A stretch of DNA of 64,000 nt from Callorhinchus milii. Lineage: Eukaryota. The position numbers and the translations under genes were made by a program. The stretch lies in the NCBI RefSeq assembly GCF_018977255.1, contig NW_024704742.1, positions 25,420,001 through 25,484,000 of the forward strand. The letters are read 5' to 3'. The notes below the pieces were generated by a model, which saw nothing but the letters and a program-made list of their open reading frames with translations, was not told the origin of the DNA and did not search any database. Shown piece after piece: positions 50,601 to 63,352 of this stretch (its first letter is position 1; each line of letters begins with the position of its first letter).

Positions 50601-50619
50601 CTCCACAAGGTGGCAGTAT
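50601..50619 (+). promoter_or_regulatory. CTCF-binding motif
   Basis: CTCCACAAGGTGGCAGTA matches the CTCF core CCAC-AG(G/A)TGGCAG; TGCA lies a few bp upstream. Confidence 0.55.
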
Positions 50620-50759
50620 TGACTAGGCGATTGCAATGCTTAAAACGGCAACAGTAGGTATTACACAGTGACTACAAGTCAGGTATCTTACATTCAACAA
50701 ACAAACGTGTCTCATTTGCATGCTATGACACAGTTATACAACTTGGTCATTTATCATTA

Positions 50760-51240
50760 CAATGAGAACTTGTTCCAGTTGCTAATTGCCCATTAGGTAA
50801 ATAAATACTTCCTGGTATCTGTCCTGAACTTGCCCTTTGCAACTGTAAACCTGTGTCCTCTTGTTCTGCTGTCTTGGCACATTAGAAAATACAGTTTCTG
50901 GGTTTTCTTAATCCCATTTAAAATCTTGTATATCTTCATAAGGTCCTCTCAGAGACATCCGCTTTCAAGACCGAAGAGACCATCAAGCTGTTTTTCAAAC
51001 GAGTCCAATGTCCTGGCTTTAACCACATATCTTGGTAACTTGATCCAGTTGGGAATTACCCACGGGGTAAAGAAATACTTACTGAAATTGCCCTGTGCAA
51101 CTCTACATCTGTGGTCTCTTGTTCTCTGGTGTCTCATTGTTACTCATTCTTCTTCTAGCACTGGGGATCATCTTTGTTGCTGTCCTCTGCACCATCTCTG
51201 GGCCTGGGTAGTCCCTTTCTGTCACGGCGAGTAGGGCTGG
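50760..51240 (-). mobile_element. CR1 LINE 3' fragments
   Basis: Minus-strand RTRDH....RKYFFT/SKYFFTPWVIPNWIKLP..VVKARTLDSFEKQLD resembles the CR1 ORF2 C-terminus. Confidence 0.7.
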
Positions 51241-51814
51241 ACGTCTAATCTCAACTTTAGTGAAAAAAAGACTTAACTTCTCAAGTCACAAGAGGAAGCA
51301 CTTCTGCTCGGAGAGAGAAGAAAATTAAATGAAGTCTCTCGCTCCAGGCGTTCCCTACACAGCCTGCAACATCAGCAGAGGCCTGGGAAGAGCTTAGCTG
51401 TCCAGTTTGGCTCAGAACAGCACAAAGGAAAAAGAAATCCTAGAGCGATGGTAAGTGCCAGACATCCGGCTGAGCATACAAAAAATGAGTGCTGGAGAAA
51501 ATAGTAAGCAATTCCAATTCCTGAAAGTGATATTTCTTTTTAAAAGTCTATTTTAGCAACATGCGAGTCCTAGTTTGGTTTACGTGTGTCGCGATTTCTA
51601 TGGTTCTAACTAAACTAGATTGTATTTTGATCAAAGTGTAAAGCAACAACAGCAAATCAACATCACATCTCATTCTTGCTGAATTTCTCCTCCAAATCTT
51701 TCTTATTCTGAAGGATTTGTATTACTCTTTTACCAGAAGGCTTTTTTTTAATTACATTTATTCTTTTATCTGAAGACTGTTTATTACTCTCTTATCCTTC
51801 GCGTGAGTACTATT

Positions 51815-51975
51815 ATGCCATTTCTTTGCCCAAGTGGCTATTATTGACAGTGAGTGTTGACAGCTGACTGCAAGGATTATCACATCCGAGCCAAATACTG
51901 TCCTCACCTGACATCCACACGCACACTTTGCAGTGGGGGATCTCTGGATAGAGAGCAGAAACCCAAGATTTTTCA
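51815..51975 (-). mobile_element. AmnSINE2-like fragment
   Basis: Reverse complement reads AAAGTGTGCGTGTGGATGTCAGGTGAGGACAG..GGCTCGGATGTGAT..CAACACTCACTGTC..GCCACTTGGGC. Confidence 0.6.
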
Positions 51976-52716
51976 GTGTTTCCTTAAATTGCTTTCACAA
52001 GATTGGTTTGGATGAAGAAGGCCCTTTGGCCTATCCAATCCCAATCTTCCAGAACACCCACCCAACTATTCTTTCCCCCACTCCCCACTCCACCCCTCCA
52101 TCACAGCGTCAAGCTGCTTTTCAAACAAGTTCAGTATTCTTAACTCAACCATTCTTCCTGGCAACCTGTTCCAGTCATTAATTACCCTCTGAATACAGAA
52201 AAATCTCCTGGTATCTGTACTAAAATTGCCCTTTACAACTCTAAAGCAGTGTTCTCTTTTTCTACTGTCTTATTGCATCATTATTATTATTATTAAAGAA
52301 TTGATCCTTCAAATTTAACATGATGCCGAATATTGTAAATTCTTAAATTTCGTTTCAATTTGGAAGCCTGTTTCCTGCAGAAAACCACTGAGGAAAACTG
52401 ATGCCAAGTCAAGAATGCATTTTAAATTATTCTTAAATTTTAAGACAATAGTCTTAGGACAAAAAAAATGTGGAATTTTGGGACTTTTGGGGAGGAAGAG
52501 GAGGAAACCTTATATGAATTTCATTTCCTTAATCCAGGGATATTGAGGTGAACCAAAGGACCCAAATGTGCCCCAGATAAGATCAGTGAACTCAGCACAG
52601 ACAGTCCCTATAGCCTAATGCTGTGGAGTCTTCATCCAGCAATAGTACATAAGATGCATTAAATTGGCTGCAGTGATGTGTAAATTACATACTCTCCAGG
52701 CGACAGATCTTAGATT

Positions 52717-53101
52717 GGAGTCCTGTAGTGTAGTGGTTAGAGCTCTTGCCTCGCAAGCAAGAGGACTCGGGTTCGATTCGTGGGCAAAACGCAATCGTAG
52801 GCGGGCTTCCTCACTCCCCACGCCTCTGTTTGCCTAATAGTAAGTAGGAACCTTGTTCTTAATCGATTGGTGGATCACTTTTGGGGTAATAATTCCTTCA
52901 AAAAACAAAATAAATAAATAATAACAATTTGGTCACTCAATCCACGACTGTTTGTGGGATACTGCTGTGCGCAATTGGCTGCCGCGTTTCGCCTTCAAAA
53001 TATACAGTCAATTCACGTTACAGCATATTCTGTGAAGCACTTTGAGACATCTCAGGGACGTGATAAGGGACTCTATCAAAAGCAATAATTATTATTATTA
53101 T
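52717..53101 (+). mobile_element. Long-form tRNA-Ala SINE with an extra central segment
   Basis: Same head and tail as the short form, with about 65 extra bp including GCCTCTGTTTGCCTAATAGTAAGTAGGAACC. Confidence 0.85.
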
Positions 53102-53339
53102 CTTAAAGTGGAAGGTCAGCCTGAAACCAGCAATGTGATGTTCTCACTCATTGTGTTGCATCCGTGCCATGACCCGTTACTTCCAAGAGGACATGCAGAA
53201 GGAGAGATTTTGATTGTTTTGCACCACACGTTTGGAATGTATAAACAGCCTTTAACTGGAACCCAGTCACATCAAGGGATGATCAAACAGCTCAGCCTCC
53301 AAGTAGGAAATAAATCCGTCAGATCGTTTTTTGACCCTT

Positions 53340-53840
53340 ACAGCCTCTGCAGCCCGTGCCCTCTCCCACACCAGGGTCCACAAACCTATCACCCCCATCC
53401 TCGCCCGACTCCACTGACTTCCAATCACACAGAGGATACAGTTCAAGATACTGGTCCTCATCTTCAAAGCCCTCCATGGTCTCGCTCCCCCCTACCTCTG
53501 CGACCACCTAACCCGCTACCAACCTGCCCGCTCCCTCCGCTCAACGGGCTCCAGCCTGCTTTACGTCCCCCAGCTCGCCCGCCCTACCATTGGTGGGCAG
53601 GCCTTCTGCCCTCATCCTCTGGAACTCTATCCCGCAGTCCCTCCTCCTCGCCTCCTCCCTTGCCTCCTTCAATACCCTCCTCTTCAACCATGCCTTCAAT
53701 CACCCTCCTTCCCCCCCACTCTCCACTCAACCCGATACCCCGACCCCAAGATCAGGTCTGAAACACTGATTGTCCAGCACTGTGGGAAGTCCTCCCGATG
53801 TGAAAGGCGCTAAACAAATGTAATTTTGTTGTTGTTGTTG
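53340..53840 (+). mobile_element. L2 LINE 3' fragment
   Basis: Homologous to 23645-24222 and 40150-40625; ends in (TTG)n. Confidence 0.88.
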
Positions 53841-54249
53841 CCTGTTCTTCTGTAGGAGCAGCAATTGCATGAACAAGAGTACCCACCCATTGACAGGCTT
53901 GAGCTGTGTACACTAAATGGACTCGGCTGCCAGAACAAATTTTCTCTGTCTGAGGAAGAAGATCTTGTGTCCCAGAGCTTCACGTGAAGCTGAGCACTGA
54001 GAATTGAAATGACAGCTGATTGGAGTGGGCACTAACACTACAGCCTCAAACCCTATAATAAATGTCTTTTTTTCATACACAGTGCAAGCAGAGTGCAGGC
54101 AGTTCTGTTTCCAGGCAGCTTTTGCCTGGAAACAGAATATCTGGGGGTCAGATCTCTGGACTGCAAGTCACTCACAACCATTTGTCTCAGTTGGTTGGAT
54201 TTTATCTGTTTTTAGTGAAGGTGTTAGATAAGGGAGGATGGAGAGTACA

Positions 54250-55113
54250 ATACAATATAATTTACACATCAGGAGGATATCTCATTGTGCCTGACACTGC
54301 TGGCTGGGCACCCGAGCTGGGGGATGGGAGCCAAGGGGGTGTGGGGAGGGGATAGATGATTGATAGATGGTAAAAATACATTTTGAGATGTGCCTTGAAC
54401 AAGGGGCGGGAGGGAGTGGGTGAGTTGGAGGGAGTAGAAGGGAGGGAGTCAGAAGGTCTCATTGGTTGGAATTCCAGAGAATGGGGGAGAATGGTGGGGC
54501 AGATAGGGAGAAGGACATGAAAGCAGGTTGAGTTGGGAGTAACTGGGTTGGGAGTGGCTGGGTCAGTATAGGTGAAGGAGGTCAAAGAGTTAGGGTTGGG
54601 TGAGACATTGGAAGGATTTGAATGTGAAAGCATGGATTTGGTGGGCAATTGGAGCCAAGCAAGGCTGAGGATAATAGGCTCACAGAGTCTGGTATGGGAG
54701 AGGACACAGGCTTCAAAGTTTTCGATGGTCTGCAACTTGTGTAGAGAAGATCTGGAAAGTCCGGCAAGCAGAGTGTTGGTGTAGTTGTGCCTGGATGTGA
54801 TAAAAGCGTGGATGAGAATCTCAGCAGTCTGAGAAGAGAGATAATGGCAGAGGCAGACAATGTTTTGGAGGTCAGGAAAAGCTGAGCGGGTAAAAGCATG
54901 GATTTGGGGTATGGAAGACAGTTGAGAGTCAAACAAGATACCGAGGTTCTGCATCAGGTCTGAGAGGTGGACGTTGCATCCACGCAGGTTGATGCCGTCA
55001 GCACCTGAGGTGAGAAGGCGCTGACAGGAACCAAGCAGGAGGTCCTCAATATTCAACTGAAGCATATCCAGGTCTTGATGTATGACAGGCAAGCAGTCAG
55101 AGCAGGATTGCAT
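54250..55113 (-). mobile_element. Old L2 LINE fragment
   Basis: ORF-track peptide LQLNI..QNLGILFDSQLS..AEILIHAFITSR..NTLLAGL. Confidence 0.85.
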
Positions 55114-55164
55114 GTGTAGGAATGCTGAATACAGTAGCCTGGTAAGTGCTTGGAAATTTTTATT

Positions 55165-55540
55165 TTGGTAATCTGGAAGTCTAACACATGCAGAAACCTA
55201 TCACCAGATTTAAGAGTATCCAACCAGATTGAAAATCTCTAGATATAATAATAATAATATTCCTTGCATTAGATATAGAACCATATACATCTTCGAGACA
55301 TCGCAAAGCGCTTCACAGCATATACCGTGAAGTGAATTGACTGTATATTTTGTGAGCGAACCACAGCAGCCAATTGTCGCATTTCACCCACAAAATATGC
55401 AGTCAATATGTGTAATATGTATTTCACGTATGTTTCAGTTCTACATATGTGGACCACTCAATCTGGTTTGGATACACCTAAACATAGTGACGGGTTTCTA
55501 CATGTATCAGAGATGAGACAGACTGCCAGACTGTTACCAA
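55165..55540. mobile_element. MITE-like element with long TIRs and a SINE tail inserted in the spacer
   Basis: 55165-55232 is an imperfect inverted copy of 55458-55540; a related arm lies at 33904-33950. Confidence 0.7.
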
Positions 55541-56714
55541 TAATGCCCTGGGATCTTTGTGCGTCAGCCTGGCTCAGTTGGTAGCACCCTCACCTCTGAA
55601 TCACAAGGCTGTGATCTCAGTCCCCACATTGCAACTTCACAGGCCATAAATCATAAGTCCTAATTTTGCATAACAAATTAAATGAATTTAAGTTAAACAG
55701 ATAAATAGAGAGCTCTAGAGCTGTTTAGCAAAGTAGAAGGAGTTGTAATGTGTTTTAGTTGTAATGTGATACTGTAATTATGGATGCTGTCAGTGTCCGA
55801 GTGAAAGATAAAATAACTGATTGTCAGAGGCAAAGTACAAGCAATACAAGGAATCTATTTGGGTTTTCACAAGGCATTTGATAAAGTTCCACATATAAAG
55901 CTTCGAGGAAACCCTAAGCCTCATAGAATTAAATGAATAAATTAACTAGATTGAAAATTGTTTTAACAAAGCAAACTAAAATAAAATTATAGAGGAAAAA
56001 AGCTCTCAACAGAGGAGTGCTGTGCCACCTGAGAATGAGCTGTCAGCACTCCCACACGAGCTAAGTACCAGCTCACATACGGACACTGAGGGAGGTTGGT
56101 GCTGCTCAGGGGGCACAGGGCAGGATGAGGAAGTAGTAACGAAGAGCCAACTGGTATAGAGAAGAATTCTTCAGGTTGTTTATTCCAATCAATTTGAATG
56201 GGAGCAGAGACCTCAATGGACATATTTTTAAATTGGAGGGTGGGTGGCAGAGGATGGTTGGGGAAGTGTTACATGCCTCCAGTCAGATGACATTGGATGA
56301 TAGTCTGGGTTGTGTGCAGTGAACTTCAATAACATGAATCCATCATCTAAAAATTCTGCAAATGTACAATAAGACTGTGATCTTCCATTGTAGACTGACT
56401 GTCTGCTGTGTGTTGTCAGACTTATCAAGATTTAAATAAAGTAAATTTACTTTAGTGGGGAGGATCGTTGCACAAATATAACAAAATATAATTGAAATGC
56501 AAAACATTCCTGATTTACAGTCTACATTCTTGATTTGCCCCCAGACTGGCCTTGCCCTGTCTCTGCCTCCTCCTCTTCTGTAATATGTAATATGCAAGCC
56601 ATATCCTTGCTCTCAGATAAAACACTCCTGTGGACAGTACTCCCCACTCCTCCCACTGCTGTGAGGATAACTTAACATCTGTGTTAAGATCACTAATGCC
56701 AAAGTAATAATAAT

Positions 56715-57116
56715 AGAAGTAAAAATAAAGAATCAAATAGTACATGTAGTATTATCAATGTGGCTTCCCCAAGCGATTACAATGTGTAAAATAAGGAGCT
56801 AGAAAAAATCAGGAGATATACAGATCTACAAATTGAATGCGGACGTATGTGACAATGTAAAACATAGTTTCTGTAGTCATCGGTTCAAATGGGGCTTTTA
56901 ATAAAAATATTCAAAAATGGCTTGACAAAATACCCAGTGAACAAAATATCAACCTCTTGCAAAAAGTAGCTACTTTCAGAAGCTCAAATATATTCAGTAA
57001 AATAAGATCCATTTATATGTAAGGTGGCAGTGTTATTGGTCTGGCTGACACATCACTGAAAACCATTTAGAAATGACCTCTACAGAGTGATTTAAACTGT
57101 AATAACATAATAATAA
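56715..57116 (+). mobile_element. 5'-truncated Dong/R4-clade non-LTR retrotransposon (restriction-like endonuclease domain) in a (TAA)n tract
   Basis: Decayed IINVASPSDYNV*NKELEKIRRYTDLQIECGRM*..VSVVIGSNGAF..LQKVATFRSSNIFSKI; TAA repeats on both flanks (56705-56714 and 57100-57116). Confidence 0.8.
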
Positions 57117-58629
57117 GGATTAATATTAAAGTAATCATTTAAGCTGGCATGAAACTCTCACTTGTGTGTGTTCTCAGGCGTGTAATAGTACAAGACTTGT
57201 TCCTTAATAAGCTTTAACAAGACCTTAAATAGTCAATGTGGTCTTGTTTCTACTTTCTCCTAAAGATTATTCCTCCAAGGAGCAGGAATGCTGAGAGGAC
57301 CATGAAATATGAGCAGTTTGCCCATTTGGGGTCACCCTCTGTACATCCTCCCCACCCATGTTGTGTGCTGGATTGTTGGCTTCAGTTGAACGCTAAATAT
57401 TTTTGAAATCCCAGAAGTGCTCATTATTTTTGCCATTCTCAATGCAAATGAGCTAATAAAATATCAGCTGAGGAGAATCCATTTGCATCCACTTTTCTGA
57501 GTTAGCTTCCAAACTTGTTGCTAAAGTAAGCAGTGTTATTGCCTTCGTGTAAATATTTATGTAAATAACTATTTTCATAATTTTAACCTGACTATCTGGA
57601 GCACCCACTAGTAATTACACAATTCATTTAAAACAATTGGTTTTGCCCCTCTGGCGAATTTATTGAAATACTGACACTCTTGACTACTTTTGTGATGTCC
57701 TGAGTCAACAGGAAATAAATTGCAATAAGCTTGAAAAACCAGAACTCTCAAATTATCTAAATGGGGAATGGTAAGATCAGGAGAATAGACAGTAACTGTG
57801 TTTTCTCTCATTCCTACTTCATGTTATCAAGTTCTGCTCCTCAACAAATCTAAAGGTTACAATCAGCCAGGAAGGAGACAGAAAGAATCTTCAGAAAAAA
57901 CATGGAGACACATTTGCTTTATCATGCTTTTTAATGTTAAATATGATTTTAAAAACTTATCCACTGTTATCCACTTAATTGTCTGAATGAATCCTGCAGA
58001 ATTTACAGATAGGGAGGCTGCAATCTACCCAACGTTTATACACAAATTGCCCACGTTATATCTTTATTTCATAATAGGAGGTCATTGAGCAATCAGATTT
58101 TTGTCTAAATTAACCTCAGCCACTGTAGGCAATGCTATTGAATAAACAGTCCCTCACGCCCCCAGAAAACAAACCAGAAATATAATTCCCACATTTTAAT
58201 TTTACCAGTAACCTTTTTAAATAAATGTAATTTGATGCACTTAAATGAGGATTTTTACAAATGGGATGATTGTTTGGACATTAATGACCAGATGTTCAGT
58301 CCAGGGATTAGATTCTTTACACAGAGGGTAACAAACACTTAGACCAGGCTCCCTTACTCTCTTCTTTCAAGGTACTCCTCAAAATCTACCTCTTTGATTT
58401 TGCTTTCTGTCACCCCTCAGCTTCTATGCTGCCTACAGTGCCCAACCATCATTGTCAAGCACTTTGGGACATCCACCCACGTTAAGATAATTGTAAATTG
58501 TATTTTATTGCAAAGATGATTGAGGCTAGGACACTGGACTTGATGCTGTGTTTGGAGGATGGTGGTTATTCTGGGAGGGTGCAATTAAACAGACTGAAGG
58601 GCCTTCTTCATTGCTACCGCTCATTACTT

Positions 58630-58915
58630 TGTTATGCAAGCAAGAGACCTGGGTTCAACTCCCGGCAGGGTGAAACCTGGGGCAAGTTTTCTTTCTCCAC
58701 ACGCCTGATAATAATGCCTCAAGAAAATAAATAAGAAATTGGTCATTTCAATCCACAACTGTTTGTGGGACACTGCTGTGCGCAACTGGCTGCTGCATTT
58801 CGCCCACAAAATATACAGTCAATTCACTTTACAGTTTATTTTGTGAAGCACTTTGAGACATCTAGAAGACATGAAAAGCGCTATATCAAATGCAAGGATT
58901 ATTATTATTATTGTT
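58630..58915 (+). mobile_element. 5'-truncated tRNA SINE
   Basis: B box GGTTCAACTCC, body and tail as in the other copies. Confidence 0.85.
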
Positions 58916-60934
58916 ATCGTATCACAGCAAACTATCTGCTACAGAACTATCTGTTTCCAATTCTTTTAACATATCCACTGCACATCTTCATATTTTCCCA
59001 GTAACTTGTAGTCCTTACTCTACCATTGCTACTTCAAAGAAAGATGGAGTTTTTATTTTTACCTGCAAAATTTAAATTAATTAGCTACTCATCTCATTGC
59101 TGAGATGTTGCCCTGTTTGCCGATAAACAATATTCACTGTCATTTCTATTCCATTTTGTTTTCCAAAGTACTTTGAGGTGTTTACTATACGTGAAAAGCA
59201 CCAATAAATGGAAGTCATTATTATTATTATTGCCTTATGCAATTTACCGCCGACCTCTGAATGTGGGGAGAAAGATAAACACAAAAAGGGAATCATTAAG
59301 AAAAGCACTTACTAAAGTTACTAAACTACAAAGAACATGCGAAAAAGTGGTTTATTAATGATGTCACACTGACACCTTGAAGAAAACGGTCCAGTCTTTT
59401 TAAAAAAAACAAGCTGCCCTTGTCCCACTGTCCCAGATAATAATAAGCTTTGCATTTGATGTCAAGAGGGCATCTTTTCCTGACATCCTCCTGACGTGAA
59501 AGGTGCTATACAAATATTGTTGGTGTTGTTGTCTCAAAGCTCTTCACAGAATTTGTTGTCAGGTGCAGTGTAGTCCTTCAGCTTTTCTATCCCCACTCCC
59601 TGTAACTCCATCATGGAGCCCCTCCGCCTAGCCCCCTCCCTTGCCTACTTCAAGACCTTCCACTTTGCCCATGTCTTCGGCCACCCTCCCAGCCCCACCC
59701 CACTTGCCCTCCACCCCTCCTTATTCCAACCCTCAGCTCGGGTGCAAACCCTTGGCTGACCAGCGCTTTGGGACCATCTTCTGATGTGAAGGGCGATGTA
59801 AATGCAATTTGTTGTTGTTGTTGTTGCACTGCTGTGCCCAATTGGCTGCCGCCTTTTCGCCCACAAAATACACAGTCAATCCACTATACAATATATCCTG
59901 TGAAGCGCTATGAGACGTCTCAACTACGTGATGATAATAATAATAGTAATAATAATAATAATCTTTGCGTTTGATATAGCTCCTTATCACATCTCCGAGA
60001 CGTCTCAAAGCGCTTCCCAGAACATGCCGCAAAGTGAATTGGCTGTATATTTCGTGACGAGGCGCTATATCCAGTGCAAGGACTATTATCATTATCATTT
60101 CATTATCTGTTGTGTAGTGACTGTGCGTCCTTCGTAAGGCGAAGACCATCGGGAAAGGAGCTGTAAAGGTGAGCTGGCTGCTTGCTGCCCCTTTAAAGCT
60201 GTGAAGGCTACTGCTGTGTCCGGCTGCCTTGTCTGTGGGAGGATGAAAACCTTCTCCAAACTCCCATCAATAACTTGACCGCAAACCCATCCGAAGCTCG
60301 CTTTTTACGGCCATTTTTCCATCTGAGGAGGACGNNNNNNNNNNNNNNNNNNNNNNNNNNNNNNNNNNNNNNNNNNNNNNNNNNNNNNNNNNNNNNNNNN
60401 NNNNNNNNNNNNNNNNNNNNNNNNNNNNNNNNNNNNNNNNNNNNNNNNNNNNNNNNNNNNNNNNNNNNNNNNNNNNNNNNNNNNNNNNNNNNNNNNTTGG
60501 TAAGACAGGGCTTGTCTCTGAGGTGTGTTGCACCTGGCAGCTTGGTGACACAGAGAGAGAGAGGGAGAGAGGGAAGGAAGGAAGGAAGGGAGGGAATGGT
60601 TTTTGCAGGTTGTTTTGTGCAGCAGTTGACATGACAGGCAATTGCTCTCCCATCATCACCAGCACCACAATAAGATGCTCCTGTATAAAAATTGCCCAGT
60701 CCCCCCCCCCCCTTTGTTTTTGCTTCATTTTATATTCGTGTGTGGGTTTTTTTGGGGTGGGGGGGGGGTTGTAGTCATGTCGTGGTTTTATTTTTTTTTG
60801 GGGGGGGGTTATTTTTTGCAAAGAAAAACCAAGAGGTGCATTTTTGAATTCATCGCAAGGTTTTAACGAGAAAAGAGAACAGAAAAAATGTTCCTGCGAT
60901 TCTCTCTTCTTTCTCTCCCCACACCCCCCACCAC

Positions 60935-62015
60935 CTCTCTCCATCTCTCTCTCTCCCCCTCTCCATCTCTCTCTCTCTCCCCCCTCTCCATCTCTCTCTC
61001 CCCCCTCTCTCCATCTCTCTCTCCCCCCTCTCTCCATCTCTCTCTCCCCCCTCTCTCCATCTCTCTCTCTCCCCCCCTCTCCATCTCTCTCTCCCCCCTC
61101 TCCATCTCNNNNNNNNNNNNNNNNNNNNNNNNNNNNNNNNNNNNNNNNNNNNNNNNNNNNNNNNNNNNNNNNNNNNNNNNNNNNNNNNNNNNNNNNNNNN
61201 NNNNNNNNNNNNNNNNNNNNNNNNNNNNNNNNNNNNNNNNNNNNNNNNNNNNNNCTCTCCCCTCTCTCCATCTCTCTCTCCCCCCTCTCTCCATCTCTCT
61301 CTCTCCCCCCCCTCCATCTCTCTCTCTCCCCTCTCTCCATCTCTCTCTCTCCCCCCTCTCCATCTCTCTCTCCCCCCTCTCCATCTCTCTCTCCCCCCCC
61401 TCTCCATCTCTCTCTCTCTCCCCCCTCTCTCCATCTCTCTCTCCTCCCCCCCTCCATCTCTCTCTCCTCCCCGTCTCTCTCTCTCTCTCTCTCCCTCCCT
61501 CTCTCCATCTCTCTCTCCCCCCTCTCTCCATCTCTCTCTCCCCCCTCTCTCCATCTCTCTCTCCCCCCTCTCTCCATCTCTCTCTCTCTCCCCCCCCTCT
61601 CCATCTCTCTCTCCCCCCTCTCTCCATCTCTCTCTCCCCCCCTCTCCATCTCTCTCTCTCCCCCCAAACCCTCTCCATCTCTCTCTCCCCCCAAACCCTC
61701 TCCATCTCTCTCCCTCTCCCCCCAAACCCTCTCCATCTCTCTCTCCCCCCCTCTCCATCTCTCTCTCCCCCCTCTCCATCTCTCTCTCCCCCCTCTCCAT
61801 CTCTCTCTCCCCCCTCTCCATCTCTCTCTCCCCACCTCCCCCCTCTCTCCATCTCTCTCTCCCCCCTCTCCATCTCTCTCTCCCCACCTACCCCCTCTCT
61901 CTCCCCCTTCTCTCTCTCCCCTCTCCGTCTCTCTCTCCCCTCTCCATCTCTCTCTCTCCCCTCTCCATCTCCCCCCCCCCTCTCTCCCCCTCTCCATCTC
62001 CCCCCCCCCCCCCCA
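60935..62015. repeat. CT-rich minisatellite (CTCTCCATCTCTCTCTCCCCC)n upstream of the NSG1 coding exon
   Basis: Directly visible; contains N-gap 61109-61254. Confidence 0.95.
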
Positions 62016-62794
62016 ACCCCCTGCCTTATAGTTGTAGGTGGTGTGTGACTGTCTGAAGGAGAGCCAGACTGTATGAAGCACCTTTTTTTTAAAAAAAATA
62101 GACCTCTTGAACACGGTTCTGCACGTCTGCCTCTGCCTTGGGATTGTGCCCAATTGTAGAATGCGTCAAATTTACCCCAAACTGATATTTTTTTCCCTTC
62201 TCTCTCTCATGAGAGTGAGAGAGAGAGAGAGAGAGAATTGAGAGAGAATTGTCTGGCACTTGGGCTGAATGAGGTGGGAGAGCTTGTGTCCTGGTTACCA
62301 AGGAAACCCACAAGAAATTATCCCCCCCCCACCCCTCAACCCCCTCCTCCCCTCTCTCTCCCCCCTCCCTTGCCCCCCCATAACACATTCACCTATCTAT
62401 TAACTCTGTGATATTATGGATGAACCTTCCTTTATCCAAGGGGTTGGGGGGGAGGGTTGGGGGTTGGGGGGGTGGGGGGGTGGGGGGGGGGGGGAGTGGT
62501 TGGTGGTGGGGAGTGTATCCCAAAGAAAATGCATTCAAAAAAAAATCTCTTGAGGATCTCCTGAGTGTTAGAGGATGGGGAGAGGAGAGAGAAAGAGAGA
62601 GGGAGATGGGGGAGGGAGGGAAGGAGGGAGGGAGGGAGGGAGGGAAGGAGGGAGGGAGGGGTGGCACTGGATACTGAGCAGCAATAGGAAGGAGGTTGCT
62701 GGTGAGGCAGCAGGTTCTGCTGCTGCTGCTGCTGTCTGGTCTTCAGTTGCCTGTTTAAAGCCCCCTCTGCTCTCCACTCATCCTCAGCCCCTGA

Positions 62795-63352
<558 letters not shown>

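Noticed and set aside
60267-62153. 628-aa ORF and overlapping long ORFs
   Set aside because: Translations of a CT/GA minisatellite that span N-gaps.
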